From the human T2T-CHM13v2.0 reference genome, Homo sapiens, in assembly GCF_009914755.1 (NCBI RefSeq), contig NC_060925.1: a stretch of DNA of 64,000 nt. One strand, given 5' to 3'. The position numbers were made by a program, and so were the translations under genes. How positions within the stretch are numbered: position 1 is the first letter of the stretch; the number at the start of each line of letters is the position of its first letter. Below, in pieces: positions 30,564-50,760 of this stretch. The notes below the pieces were generated by a model, which saw nothing but the letters and a program-made list of their open reading frames with translations, was not told the origin of the DNA and searched no databases.

Positions 30564-33500
30564 AAATATGGAATAGATGCAACAAAAACATTGGCAAAAT
30601 GAACATCCACAGGTATATACGTGTGCCTGCCTGTTTAGAAAATGTGAGCTATTTGACAATGGCTGAAGTTAGCTAAAGCAATAGCCTAAAACCCACAGAC
30701 ACCAGAAATTTCTGGAAAAATATTCACCAGCTATCTAACAATCTAAAAATACACCTATACACCTAAATACACCTATGGAAGATAATCTTGAAAGACAGCA
30801 GGCACAGGTCTAATTGAGATAAAACAAAACCAAAGCAGATTACCAGTCTGTAGACCTGCTGAACTTGCATATATTCTGTGACAGGGGTGTGGCCTGGCAC
30901 CATCACAAAACCAAAGCCATGTGATATAAACAGACAGAGCCTGGAATTTTTTTTTTTTTTCCAGAAAATCCTCCACATTTAAACTATAGGCATTGCCTGT
31001 CCTCACTTCATCACCTCACATATGAGATTTGGCCACCCATACATTTAGGCAACAGATGGCAACTATCTGAATGTGTGTACATAGCTGGAATCAACAAACA
31101 TTAAAATCTGCATATGGCATCATTTGAAATTTGCACCAACTCTCTAAGATATTGGAATGATTCTCTGTCATATGAGGAAATGTGACCCTTATTTGATCGT
31201 TCCTCTCTCAGACCAAGACACAGTGCCTGTCCTCAGGATGCCACGTGTCTATTTAGAAAGACAGACAGGCAAGTCGGTGCCTATGAGTCACTGATGAGGG
31301 CCCGAGGGGATGAGGCCTGGATGCTGACAGCATAGAAGGGAACTGGGCCACAATGTCAGGGAAGCTCCAGAGAAGAGACATAAAAACTGAGACCGGACGC
31401 TACTTGGGAGGACTGTGCTAGGGGACTTAAAAATTTGTTGTGTTTGTTTTTGTTTTTTTAACTCTACTACAGCATAGTATTTAAATATATTTTGTTACCG
31501 GAAGGACTATCTTGTAAACAAAAATTATATCCACTTCGAGAAGATTAAAAGTCATGGAAGATCTGTGAACAAAGGTATCACAAGATACCTTTGAGAGATT
31601 TAGAAAGCCATATATATCCAAATATAAGGTAAGGTGTCCCCCACCAAAAAAAATCCCTCAGGAAAGACAGAGTTATCTCATGTATAAATCTTTACAAAGT
31701 TTCCAATATCTTGAGGTGCCCTTTCAATTACCTTATTTTGAATAGCAATGTACCATTTGGGGGAAGTTATATTCACCTAAAACAAATGCTATTTATGCTA
31801 AGTTTGAGTGTTTATAGAAAACATCTTATGAAACTGATAAAAAGCAAAAGCAAAGAAATTTAACACAAACATAATACTTATTTTTGGAGAAATAACCTCA
31901 CAATAGCAAGGGCTGGTCATTTTATATGAATTTTTAAAAAGATCACTTTTAAAAAGCAAAATAATTGGTTTGGATATTATTTTTTCATAGTTGAGGTCAT
32001 ACTATCTTTCTATAGTTATGTATTCTGCCTTTTTCACTTGACATTCTTGTGTCAACATTTTGCACAAAATAAAAAATTATTTAACAATTACAAAAGCAGT
32101 ATAATATATAGTTATGTTGTGGAGCTCATGGATCGCTAGTTATAGGATAAATGAAAAAAATCAAAACTGTTCTTACATTATACAAATGGACACATAGTTA
32201 GGACACTTAGAGTAATGATAAAATTTTATTATACAGAGATGCAAGAAGTACTTTATATCAAACAACTTAGTTAAATGCGAAGATGTTTTGCTCTGGAAAA
32301 CTATTAAAAAATGTTTTGATGATTCAAAAATTCAGTTTAATGACAACAGAGAAATTGATGTTGAAAATGCCTGTGATTAGTTTGAAGAAATTGTTTGATA
32401 AAATGTGCATGAAGAAAAGCAATAATAATATCATACATAAATAATGTATTAGTTTATATTTATAAATTAATAATATATAGAGTATAATTCTAAATCTGTA
32501 TAAGTAGTTATATTCATGAATTAAATGTTATTTTGAAATTTCATCTACAGCTCTTAGTTTATATTTCTGTGATGGAAGATCCCTGTGTTTTTTTTTTTTG
32601 CCTGTTCTTATCGAGAAAATATTAATGACCCTTGATTTGGAATATATAATTAATTCATTGCCCAATCCCTGTAGAGCACCTAATGGATAGCTAAGACTAG
32701 TAAGAAAAAAATAATTGAAGAATTCAGAAAATTACAGTAGTTTTGGGCCATTTACCATTGAGGTAAACAGCTCTTACAGCCACACATCTACTTTATAGCA
32801 GAGAACAAATCTGGATCCTTAAAAATCCACAATAGTTTTCAATTTGCCTACAAGGTCTAACACCAATAATCTTAACATTCACATGCCTCCACAATTTGTC
32901 AACTAACCTACTATGTTTCCACATCTATCTCTTGGTCTTAACCTGGTGCGTTCAATGTTGAGGCAAATCAAACCAAACAACATTTCAGTGCTGGCCCCAA
33001 ATGCCCAGCTTCTGTCTTTTTGCTCATGGTATTCTCTCTGATGAAATGGCTTTCCCCTCCTCTTCCCCACCAAATGTTTGCATCCTCCCCATCTCCAGGG
33101 TCCATCTCAAATACCACTTCATTGGTGTTTTCATATGTCTCACATAGAGGTAAATCTCTTTTTTGTAATCCCAAATCTGAAGTGCCGAAGGCTCAACACT
33201 GGTGGCCTTCCTGTTTGATTGGGAGTCAGGAGGTAGATTCTCAGTCGGGTGGTCTTAAGGTACTAGTGAGTGAGGTCAGTCCAAATAGTAATAACAAACC
33301 CTTAGAGAACACCAGAATAATGTTAATAATAGCTAACTCTAACTTGAAATTTGCTATGTGCCAGGCACTCTTCTAATTATATAAATTAATTCATTTGATC
33401 TTCACAGGAAACTCACAAAGCAGGTACAATGATATCTGCAGTTTAATAGATAAAGAAACTACAGCCCAGGATCAGTAACTTACCCAAAGTGGTCCAGCTA

Positions 33501-34798
33501 CAAGTGACTGAGCTGAGAAACCATGGACCTAACCATTAGGCTCTCCTACCTTAGCGAGGACTACTAGAGAAAAGATGAGCCATGAGCAGGAAGACAGCCT
33601 GGTAAACTGAAGAATATGGAGGCGCACACATTTATTTGGGGAAAAAAAGGTGAAACCTTAAGCAGGCAGGGATGTAGCAAACTGGGGGCAGAGTGGGGCC
33701 CTTCTAGGGCTTTCTTCTCACTCTGGGCCAATTTCAGGGTCCTAAAGAAAAACACCTCTGCCAAATGCATTGGAATGTTCATGGCATTGTAGGTAACTCA
33801 TCACTTCTAAAATTACTAATAAACTTGTCACATCTCCCTTATTAACCATATGGTCCTTGAAGACCTATGTTCAGTTCACCTGCTACAATATCTAGAATTC
33901 GATGTTGCACCTTGTAATTAATCAATAAAAAACTGTTAAATGTTTGCAACCACTAGTCCTCAGTTCAATTATCTGTCTTTAATAAAGAAGACTCCTGTCA
34001 AAGTTATTTAAGGACATTCTACTCCAACATTTTTAAAATAATTCTCCATTATATTTTTCTTCATAGCATTTCTTTGTTTTCTTATTGTCAGTCTCCCCCA
34101 GCTATAAACTACATAAAGGCAGAGACTTCATTCTTGTTTATCGATGTATTTCTGGTGCCCTAGAACAATGCCTGGCACACAAAAATAACTCAGTAAATAT
34201 TCATGAGTTCTTGAAAAAGAATGGGCTTTGAAGATCCTCACCAGACCCTTGTGGGCAGCCTTTGTTCTTGCCAGCCAACCTTGAGTAAGTATACCAACGT
34301 GATTCCATTACCCTCAAAGCAAACACACGTCATGGAGCACAAGGAAAAGAAAGGGTTTCACTGGTGATTTCAGGAGGGAGTTAGGGAATGGAGGAGAGCG
34401 TCAGCCTTACGCAGAGCACAGCACTTTGCTCTTCCCTAAATCTTCATCAGGTATCTCTGTCCCCAGCCAGCTCCTGGCCTGCCAGCTGGCCATCCCTTCA
34501 CCCTCTCACAGTATCACCCCTCCAGCACTGCAGGTCCCCAGCTAACATTCTTCCTGAATCTCTATATCCCCCTTATTATTCTGCTGAGTAATATAGAGTC
34601 TCTAGTTTACCTTCTCATACTTGTCATCTCTGTTGAGCAAAGAACACATTCCCTTGGGATCCATCCTCCAGGAGGAAGCATGGAAATTAAAAATAATATT
34701 CTCTTTCAAAAATATTTTTATTTGTTTTGTCACATACCAAGAATTGAATTTGAATCCAAGCTTTACTATTTTGTAGTTGCCTTATCTCAGTCAAATTA

Positions 34799-35278
<480 letters not shown>

Positions 35279-36248
35279 TTAACTATCTAAAAGGACCCAT
35301 GCACCAAAGCTTTTACAGGATAGTGCAATAGAAGCTCATCACGATATAGAACATTGTTTCTGTGGTGCCAGGGGTTTGGAAGGCATTAACTACACAGGGC
35401 ATTAACTACACTACTGTGGGCAGCAGTGGTACGGGAAGGTGGGGAACATTGCTGTTTTCTCTGTGTGTTTACAAATCAGAAATTACTGAATAGGGTGAGC
35501 CGCATGAACATCAATGTTAAAACGGCTACTCAAAAATGCCCATGGTACCAGTCAGCCTTGGAAAATGAGATACACAGATCTTAATGAATTAAGTGCTCAC
35601 TTAGTGCTTACAGTGAGGAAATGTCAACAGTCAAAGTTACCTTCACACCCTAATCTTGTCTCCATGCCCTCAGTCCTCAGTTTCCTTATTATAATGGAGC
35701 TGAGCCTGAGAAAGCATCCCATCTTGTCTTCATCAGCACTTTGTTTAACGCCGGGTATGCTATCACCACACATTATGATTTCTAGGAGAGTACATCATAA
35801 TTGTCTCACATATACTTGTTGGCTGCTTGATTCTGATGGTAGTTATACAAATTATACTTAAAACCCAAATTGAAGACTCTTGGCTGCTGTTTACAAGGTA
35901 GTGATTTAAGAGAGCACTTAAAATTGAAAAAACACAAAATAACTCATGCTTCGGATGCCTGGTGAGATAAACCAAAGTAGTTTTTGCTGGGGAGAAATGT
36001 AAAGGATAGCACATTTGTCTAAAATGAAAGAAACAAGTAATTCCTCTTTCAGGCCAGAACGGACTCCCTAACTAATGATGTGATGGTGAAATTCAACCAT
36101 GTGATGCTGCATGCATTTGGAACATTTTGAAGGTCAGCTTGGGTCAGAGCAAAACCTATTATTTTCTTTCTATGAAGTCAATTTCTGAAAATATCATGAC
36201 AGTTCTGATAGCCTCCACAGCCTGAAATCATTTGGGGTGATGCACGTG

Positions 36249-36320
36249 AGTTTCAGGCAAAACTTATGCCTAAAAATTAACACAAGTTTCAGGCAAAACT
36301 TATGCCTAAAAATTAACACA
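36249..36320. repeat. Perfect 36-bp tandem duplication
   Basis: agtttcaggcaaaacttatgcctaaaaattaacaca x2. Confidence 0.97.
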
Positions 36321-36489
36321 AACCTGACCAAGAAGTTTTGAAGGAGGGATAGGGCCACCTGGTATTTTGCAGCATCAATGAGCATAGAAGAGTTCCCTCA
36401 CTGGAACTAATGCCAAAGGCCTTGGAGAAATGCCTCCACACCACATCACTTAGGCTCTGTCTCTGCTTCTTTTGCATGCTTCTTCTCTC

Positions 36490-38366
36490 TTCAAATCCCA
36501 TTGCTTCCTCCCATCCTCATCCTCACTCTGCAAGGATGACCTTTCTCTCTATTTCACTCAGGAAACAGAAGCTCTCAGAAGGGAATTTCTCCATGTTCCC
36601 ACCACTTCTATCCACCTACCTGTCTGTAACTCTGTATTCTCTACTCTTCTACATATAGATGAATTGTTGGTGCTTCTAGGCAAGGCCAACTCCTCCATTT
36701 TGGCTTGACCCAATACCTATAACCTACTCTAATGTGCTTGGACATTCTTTCGAGATTTCTCCCTTCTCAGCCTTGCCCCATCCGTTCTTCCATATCTTTT
36801 GGATGATTCCCATCTGCATAAAAGCATGCTGTTATTTCTCTCATCTTAAAAAAAAAATAAGCAAAAAACAAAGACCTTTTCTTGACCTGTATCTTCCAGC
36901 CATACCCTGTCTCTGCTCCTCTTTAGAAAAATACTCCTCAAAAGAATGTTTAAATAGGTGCTCTCCATTACACTCCTTTTACTTTCTGACACTCACTCCA
37001 GTCCAGCTTCTGCCCCCTTCATTCCAGCAAATCTGCTCGTGTCAAAGCCTTCAAAGTGGGCTTCCACTTCAGTTCACTCCAACAATCACTTCTCTGTGCT
37101 CACCTTACTTGTCCTCTCAGAAATGTCTGACATGATTGATCGTGCCCCCTAAACACTGATGGCATTTGACTTCCAGGGCATCACTGTCTCCTGATTTTCC
37201 TCTGTCACCCTGGCTGCTCTTTCACTGTTAGCATTGCTGCCTCTTCCCCATCTCCCCAATCCCCAAACATGGCAGTGCCCCAGGATTCAGTCCTTGACCT
37301 CTTCTCCAATGCATTCACTCCCTTGGTATTCTCAGCCAGTCCCATGGCTTTAAATACCAACTCTATGCTGATGCCTCCTGACTTTATTTACTATTTATAT
37401 ATTTTTATTTTTGGCTCAGGCTGAACTATGCTTACTCAACATCTCCACTTGAATGTCTAATCATCCTTTCAGAAGCAACATGTCCAAGACCGAGCTCCTG
37501 ACATTTCCTCCCAAACCTGCTCTTCCCACAGATACCCCACACCAATAAATGGAAACTCCATTCTTCCAAGGGTTCAGGCCAAAAGCCTTGGCTCATTCTT
37601 AATTCCTTTTTCTCTCTCACCAAAGCCAATTCAACAGCAAATCCACCTACAAAATATATCTGATACCCTATCACTTTTACCCTCTACCTCCCTGGTTCAA
37701 ACCACCATCACCTCTCCTATAGATTACACGCAGTAACTTCCTAACTAGTTCCCCTGTTGTTATTCTCAACCCCTATGGTTCTCATCAGTGCAGCTAGAAC
37801 AAATATAATGAAAGCCAAATCATGTAACACTTTTCTTCAAGACCTTCAAATGGCTCCCTTTCTCCATTGGAGTAAAAGCCCAAGTCCTCACAATGTTACA
37901 TAAGGCCCTACACAACCTGGGCATCCACTATGTCTCTAATCCCATCTACCACCCCCTCTCTCTTCCTCCGCTCCAAACATACTAGCCTTGTTGGCTTCTT
38001 GGACATGTGAGGGAAGCGCTCAGCTTCAGGACTTTGCAACTGCTATTCCCTTTGCTGGGAATGCTTTCCCAGAAGCATTCTTCATATGGCTAAATCCTTC
38101 ATCTCCTTCAAGTCCTTGCTCAGGAGTCACCTCAATGTGATTCCCCCAATCACCTTTTGCAATTGCAATCCCCCAACCCCATACTCACTAGTCCTCTATC
38201 CATTTTATTTCTTTTTTAATTCCTGATACTTGTAACCCTAACATACTACATCATTTCCTTATTTATTTAGTTGATTGTCTTTCTGCCTCCTCTAGACTGT
38301 AAACACATAAGGGCAAGGATTCTGTTTTGTTCTCTGTGACTGTCTTAACATAGTAGGCACTCAAAT
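36490..38366 (+). mobile_element. L2 (L2a-like) long 3' fragment
   Basis: cccatggctttaaataccaactctatgctgatg, ctccacttgaatgtctaa, ctagactgtaa...tagtaggcactcaaat. Confidence 0.85.
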
Positions 38367-38836
38367 GGTGGTGGTGTCGGTGAGCAAACTCACAGAGAGC
38401 ATCTCTGGAGATCACATGATCCCTAGCTGCTCCAGGAATTAATTCACCTCGAGTGGAAGATAAATTCCTTCTCAGACTAAATACACTTTCACTTTATCAA
38501 GATTATATAACTTCAGTTGTCATCATCATCATAACTCATGTTTATATATCATAGTTTTCCAGCTTACAAAATTCTTTCTCTTATACAGTCATATTTCAAC
38601 CTCAGGACAACCCTGTGAGTTAAATAGGGCAGATGGTGCCAATCCCATTTTACAGATGAGGATGCTAAGCCTCAGAATGGTTAAACGCCCAGCTTCAAGG
38701 TCACCCAGATGATGAGTGCAAACTTGGGATGAACCTTGGAGTAAATCCTAAGTCCCCTCACTCAAGGACCATGGCTGCTACACAGTTGGCTTTAAAAAAA
38801 AAAAACAGCTTGCTGTTCTCTGGAGTGCTTGAGTGA

Positions 38837-39175
<339 letters not shown>

Positions 39176-41537
39176 GCTCTTGATTTATTCAAAAAAACAT
39201 TAACTGAGTGCTTCCCAGATTCAACATTGTTCTCTAAATGGGATACAGTTCAGGACAACACAAACTGGGACAGCTTATGCTCTCATGGACTTTATATTCT
39301 CAGAGAAGAGATGGACAATAAACAAATAAATGAATCACCTAAAATAAGTCAGAGGATGATAGTGCTATGAAGGGAAAAGAGATAGAGGTTGATGAGAAGC
39401 ATAGCAAGTGAGCTATGTTTGAGATGCCCACTAATAACTTATTAACATGTTACCCACAAATTTTCAACTGGTAACAGAATGGACAGTGCCTCTACTTGCT
39501 GGCTGGTGATGCTACAAATTGTATTATTATGCATTTGGGTATCAAAGATGTTCAAGATTCTGTCTAGGTGTCAGGAAATGGGGGTGATAATAAAGCAAAA
39601 CAAAGCAGAGCCTAGTCAAGAGTTTCAGAAGATAGTGCTAAGACAAACACTAAGTTGTAAGAGCACAGATTTTATTCATGACAGAAGAGCTTTCTAATAA
39701 ATGAAGCTGCCCAACAGTGAAACAGTCTGGAAATGAGCACCTTGTCATCGAAAGTATCCAATAAGCAAATTAATGACTTCTTTTCCAACTGCAAATTTGA
39801 TTATTTTCTATTCTGTAGAGCCTCTCTCTACTCTAAGTCTCCATTATTTTCAGTGAAAGGCTTTGTGAGGGTGAGAAAAGACAATGGGGTAGGACAGGAG
39901 CAAAAATCTGGCTGAAAACCATGGTTCTTTTGCCAGCACTCATACAGGATGAGAGCCACCTGACTGTCAGCCCCAGATCCTTCCAGCAGTGGCTAAAGTT
40001 GCCTCTTCTACAGCGAGATTAGGGGCATAGCCTCCTCTAGCCTTCCACTGCAGAACCCACCAGGGGCTCACATCTCAATGAGGTCCTCTGCCCAGCAGGA
40101 ACAGGCAGATGTCTTCGCAAGTCACTCCATTCTCACTGACAGTGAAGCCACCAGTGGTTACAAAAAAGAGAGGAGCAAACTGTCCTTGGCAGGAGGCTGC
40201 TCCTCTAGTGATTTCTGGATGCTCATTGACAATGTCCACATGTCTGCAGGCCTCTCAGAGATCCAGCCAGCCCACAATATCCCCGGATGGCAGTTACCCA
40301 CCCTTCTTTGCCGTTCAGCCATTCTCCCAGCCCTTCACTACCATGGGCAACCAGGTATTCAGGGGTGACTGCATACTGGCCCAGGAAAGATATCATGAGA
40401 CAGACACTGGCAACAACTGATAATATTGCTCCCATTTATCCATCACTTACTCTGGACTAGACAATGTGCTAAAAACTCCATATGTGAAAGGATAGGCTAT
40501 AACCTTACATATATATGCAGGGGCATGCTTGCAGAACTACATCTGACCAGAGTTTAACTAGCAGTGGTGGATTTTGCTTGTTGAGCAGGGCAGGCCAGCC
40601 TCTATCACCTTTTCTACCACTCTAAATCACTTGATGTGCAGCCACATCAAGGGATTTAGAGTGGTAGAAAATGTGATAGAGGTGGGTCAAGGAAGATAAG
40701 TCGGGGGCAGGGGAAGCCAGGGCATTTTGTAGGAAGGACATGGCCAAGAGGAGTTTCAGGAGGAAGAGAGATAAACCTGCTTCCAATAAGAGAAGAACAA
40801 AATTTCCTCTCCCTAGAGTTGAGTGGGATATTTGGAAATGGTGGGTGATGTACACTATAACATCTGCCATCTCTTTGTAAAATGTTTACTGAAATTTACA
40901 TCACTTGTCAGTAAGTAGGGACTGGAGCCATGATTTTGCAGGGGGTGAAATGAAGCACTGGGACCCAAGGTGAGAATCAAGAGGTCCAAGGAGGTGCCTT
41001 ACCATATGGTCACATTATTTCATTTAATTCTTACAACAGTCCAATAAAGGAGGTGTTACACTTTTTACAGTGTATTGGGAGAGGGGAGGTTATTGAATAA
41101 TAATCTGTAGGCATTTCTGCCAACTGCAATGTAAAAGAAGGGGGGAATTTCATATTTGTATCTGTCTATTCTGATCCTGTACCTTTAGCATAAAGGTGAG
41201 TGTGGCTTCTTCGCAATGTTCATCCTCATCACCCAGGACCCTTCTAGATTTGGTCCCAGACTTCTCCTATTTCCCAGCAGTGACTCCTAGTTTGCTGTTG
41301 ACCCCTTCCTTTTGCTCCTCTCACTGTCCTCTGGCTTTGTCCATGGGTCTCTTTGGTGGCCTGCAGAGTCCTCTGGCCCTACCACACTTGGATGCCTTGA
41401 GCAAGATTCCCAGAGCAGTGCCAGCCTTTCTGCAAACAAACCCTGGCACTAGTTTACTTGGTAGACATAAGTGCCAGAGGAGGCTATCTTCTGTCTCTGA
41501 ATTGTCACAGCCCCTAACACAATGCTGAGGGTTCCTT

Positions 41538-42275
41538 TATTATAGTAGGTAGTTAGGCATGAGCAGGGCAGGAGAGGTCTCCCCTGCCCTACCAGGAATG
41601 TCAGGCAACAATCAGGTGATGGTCAGGCGGTTGTTAACTGTCTCTCTAAAATAATAATTGGTTGCAGCCAGCACCAGGGAAAGGCAGTCTCCCAGTAGAC
41701 AGAAAACACCTGAAGGTGGTGATCAGCAGCTTCCCAATAAGACCTCAGGAGTTGGGCGAGTGGGCTCAAGCATGTGCACTAAGAGGCAAAATGGTGGAGT
41801 TTAACTGGTATATGACCTCCTTGGGACATTTGACTGGTAAGGGAAGAACGCCTCAAGTTAGCGTGTATATAACTCCAGTAAGCACACTGCACATGCTCCC
41901 CTCCCAAATGCTAGTCAGGCCACTGCACATACGGACAGCCTGCCCCAAAATCAAGGAGAAGGAATGCAAGACCCTGGGAGCATGCCAACATATAAAACCC
42001 CAAGTCAAAAGGTCAAACTGCACATTTGATCTCTCAAGTCACCCCCTTGGCCCTCTTCCAAGTGTACTTTACTTCCTTTCACTCCTGCTCTAAAGATTTT
42101 AAACAAACTTTCTCCTGCTCTAAAACTTGTCTCAGTCTGTTACTCTGCCTTATGCCCCTCAGTCGAGTTCTTTCTTCTGAGGAGGCAAGAATTGAGGTTG
42201 CTGCAGACCCATATGGATTTGCTGCCACTAACATAGTTTGGTGCCATGTGACTCGGATGCATTCCACTGCTAACA
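41538..42275 (+). mobile_element. MER50-like ERV1 LTR (41538-42233) plus PBS and a repeated LTR terminus
   Basis: catgagcagggcaggagagg...caggaatgtcaggc...TATAAAA at 41991...gttgctgcagaccc...ctaaca. TSD CCTT at 41534-41537 and 42276-42279. Confidence 0.82.
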
Positions 42276-42427
42276 CCTTCACACTCAACAAATGAGTAAG
42301 GCAGCATCCTGAAGTAGTCAAAACTGTGACCTCCAGAGTCAAAGCACATAGGTCTACATTTCTGCCCACCGAACACTTGCTGTGGGGCTTTGAGACAAGG
42401 GTGGTGGCAGGAGAATGGAAAATATGT

Positions 42428-42600
42428 CTGCACTCCCCTTTCTTGAGTGTGTACTTTTTACTTTGCAATAAATCTCCATACTTTCACTGTTTTCCAACCC
42501 GTCCTTGAATTCCTTCTCATGACAGTGTCAAGATCCTGGACACCAGCCAGGGTCGAGGTTCTGCTGGTGTTTGGGGACCTCTCCTATCCCACTGGTATCA
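42428..42600 (+). mobile_element. ERV1-class LTR 3' fragment (possibly MER66-like; subfamily uncertain)
   Basis: gcAATAAAtctcc...gtccttgaattccttctc...tgtcaagatcctggacacc...ggtatca: R/U5-like, ending in CA. Confidence 0.6.
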
Positions 42601-42621
42601 GCTTGACACAAGTTACCTAAC

Positions 42622-47395
<4,774 letters not shown>

Positions 47396-47920
47396 TATGC
47401 TAAGAGGGTAGTCAAGCCCTAGAGACTGGGTCACATAGCATGTTTGCAACTTCTGTTTCTTAGATTATAGGCTGACTCTCTTCTTCATTGTTCTTGTTCT
47501 TAAATGACTAGGAGAGACCAGAGACCAGACCTCCTTTCCTTCAAATCACTGATCTTTGTTATAGATTAACTGCCTCCTTTCTTGTCCTGAACCTAACTCA
47601 GACTCAGATGGTGCCAAAGACCCTATGACTGTTACATCTTCAGTGTGGAAAGTTAAATATTATCTTTCCTAAAATAATAAGACCATCTTGACTAATCGGA
47701 TTGTTGTAACTATGCATTAAGACTTACATAGAAAGATGTTGAAATTTTGTTAGGCTTCCCTAAAATTTGTCTGTATAAATGGTTTCAAACTTCTACACTT
47801 CAGAATACTGACTTCCATTTTTTGAAATCTGTGCTTCCCAGGTGGTTCTCCTCAAACGCTGCTCTTGAATAAACTCTCTTTAAACTAGATTCTGACCCAT
47901 TTGATTATTTTTTGTTGACA
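47396..47920 (+). mobile_element. ERV1-class (MER4-group) LTR; subfamily not assigned, 5' end abutting the L1 tail
   Basis: TATAAA at ~47774, AATAAA at ~47868, and terminal ...gattattttttgttgaCA typical of MER4-group LTRs. Confidence 0.7.
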
Positions 47921-48275
47921 TGCTCAATAAATATTAGTTCACATATTAGTTTATAGTGATTATTTATTGCAGGGGATGCTCAGAGTTACTCACAACACAG
48001 GCCAAAAAAAATTTTCAGGATGTCAGGCCACTGCTGCTCCCCCCTCCACTCCCTCAAGGCAGGACAAGTATCTGTAATTTCCCACGAAGGTCTTTGGACA
48101 GGTTCCCTCTGGGGATAATTCAAAAAGGGAGGGGAAAAGAAGCTGAGCATCACCTAATTGACAAGTTGGGTTTTCTTTCCTCTTTCCCATTCCTTTAATC
48201 TCTACAGATTGGACTTTACCCCAAAGCTGCTGTCGTGCAATAAGACATCATGTCATGCATAAACAACATCATATC

Positions 48276-48617
<342 letters not shown>

Positions 48618-49353
48618 TCAATTTCTTTAAACAAACAAAAAATGTTTAATCGCAATAGCCTGAAATAAGTCAATTTGCATGTAAAAGAAATGTGTGTGTG
48701 TAAATTACTGTGGGTTCTATTGAGTTGGGGGAAGGGACAAGTGAAGAGGAACAACCCCCCCCCCAAAAAAAATGGCACTAAAACATCTCAGTAGCCATGG
48801 GGAGCCCCCACTCGGGAGACTGTCCTTACCCACCTCCCCACCATTCCTTCCACCCACTTTGAGAGCTTAGTACGACCACATATGAAACCACAAAGAACCA
48901 ATCTTAACAAAGCAAGTGCAGTGCGAAGGGCAAATTCCACATGGAGAAGTTGTTCAGGCCTTTTTAATGAATATTCATAGCCATATGATTTACTGGGCAA
49001 ACTGGGATGTTGGACTTAAACATTCCACAAGGGGTTCAGCAGGGAGTTCTTTATTCACTACATTTAAATGCAAATGATAACAAAATTGCATGACAATACA
49101 CATTGAAAAGTTGATTTAATGCAGCATAAGAGAAGGATTAGGGAATCAGTAAGAAGGATTTTATTTCAATTCTTTACATGGGTTAAAGTCAGGCCAGACA
49201 GAAGCCAAGAATTCAAATGCTATTACAGGGGACAACCTTGTCACCAAACAGGATTTGTTTAATTATTTTTCTCCTTTTGTGAAGAAATGGAAGAAAAAGG
49301 GTCCCTATTTTTGTTCATCAAAGATATCTGCAGCTACCCATTAGGACTGCTGA

Positions 49354-49728
<375 letters not shown>

Positions 49729-50230
49729 TAGCCTGTGCCATATTAAGGGGGAATGCATATGCTTAGAAATACTGGAAGCATTTCCCAGACCCTTTTTCTG
49801 ACTGATGAGAAATGCTGGTTGTTGAGGGACTCCAAGTGGAAAACCACTGATATAGGAACATCTTCTAACACAGACATTCGTGGCTTTGAAGGGAAAGAGA
49901 ACTGAATGCTCCATTTCAGAGGAAGAATGGCCCATTGTGTCCAATAGGAGCTCTACTCTGGAGGGAAGCCTTGGAGGCCCCTCATGATGTGAGAAAGATG
50001 TGAAAGACAGTGCTTTACAGGCAATGCTTTAAAGGCAATGCCAATGCTGAATTGCCACCCCCGCTGTTGGTCTAGGGTGGAAGCATTATTATATCTGCTC
50101 AAAGAAAGGAATTAGACATCTTCCCATACCAACCCTGTCTGCAACCCAAATGGTCAAGCAAACAAATGCAAAATGGGGAAGAAAAACATCCTGTCTGTAA
50201 AGGCAGGTCAGATAGACAGAGAAGCAATTA

Positions 50231-50548
<318 letters not shown>

Positions 50549-50569
50549 AAAGGATCTCACCTTCGAAAC

Positions 50570-50760
50570 AATAGGATTCTAGGATTTGCTTCAAAATAAT
50601 ATAGGGCAAGGATTGGGAAGTGGGTAGGGGTATCAGCACATCAAAATGAGCAAGGAATTGATAATTATTGAAGCTGGGTGATAGGTGCATCAAGTTCATT
50701 GTTGTATTGTTCTGTTTACTTTTGCATATGTTTAGAATTTTTCATAAGAAAAATGGCTTT
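50570..50760 (+). mobile_element. L1ME-type 3' fragment
   Basis: ttgataattattgaagctgggtgataggtgcat...tttgcatatgtttagaatttttcataa. Confidence 0.7.
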
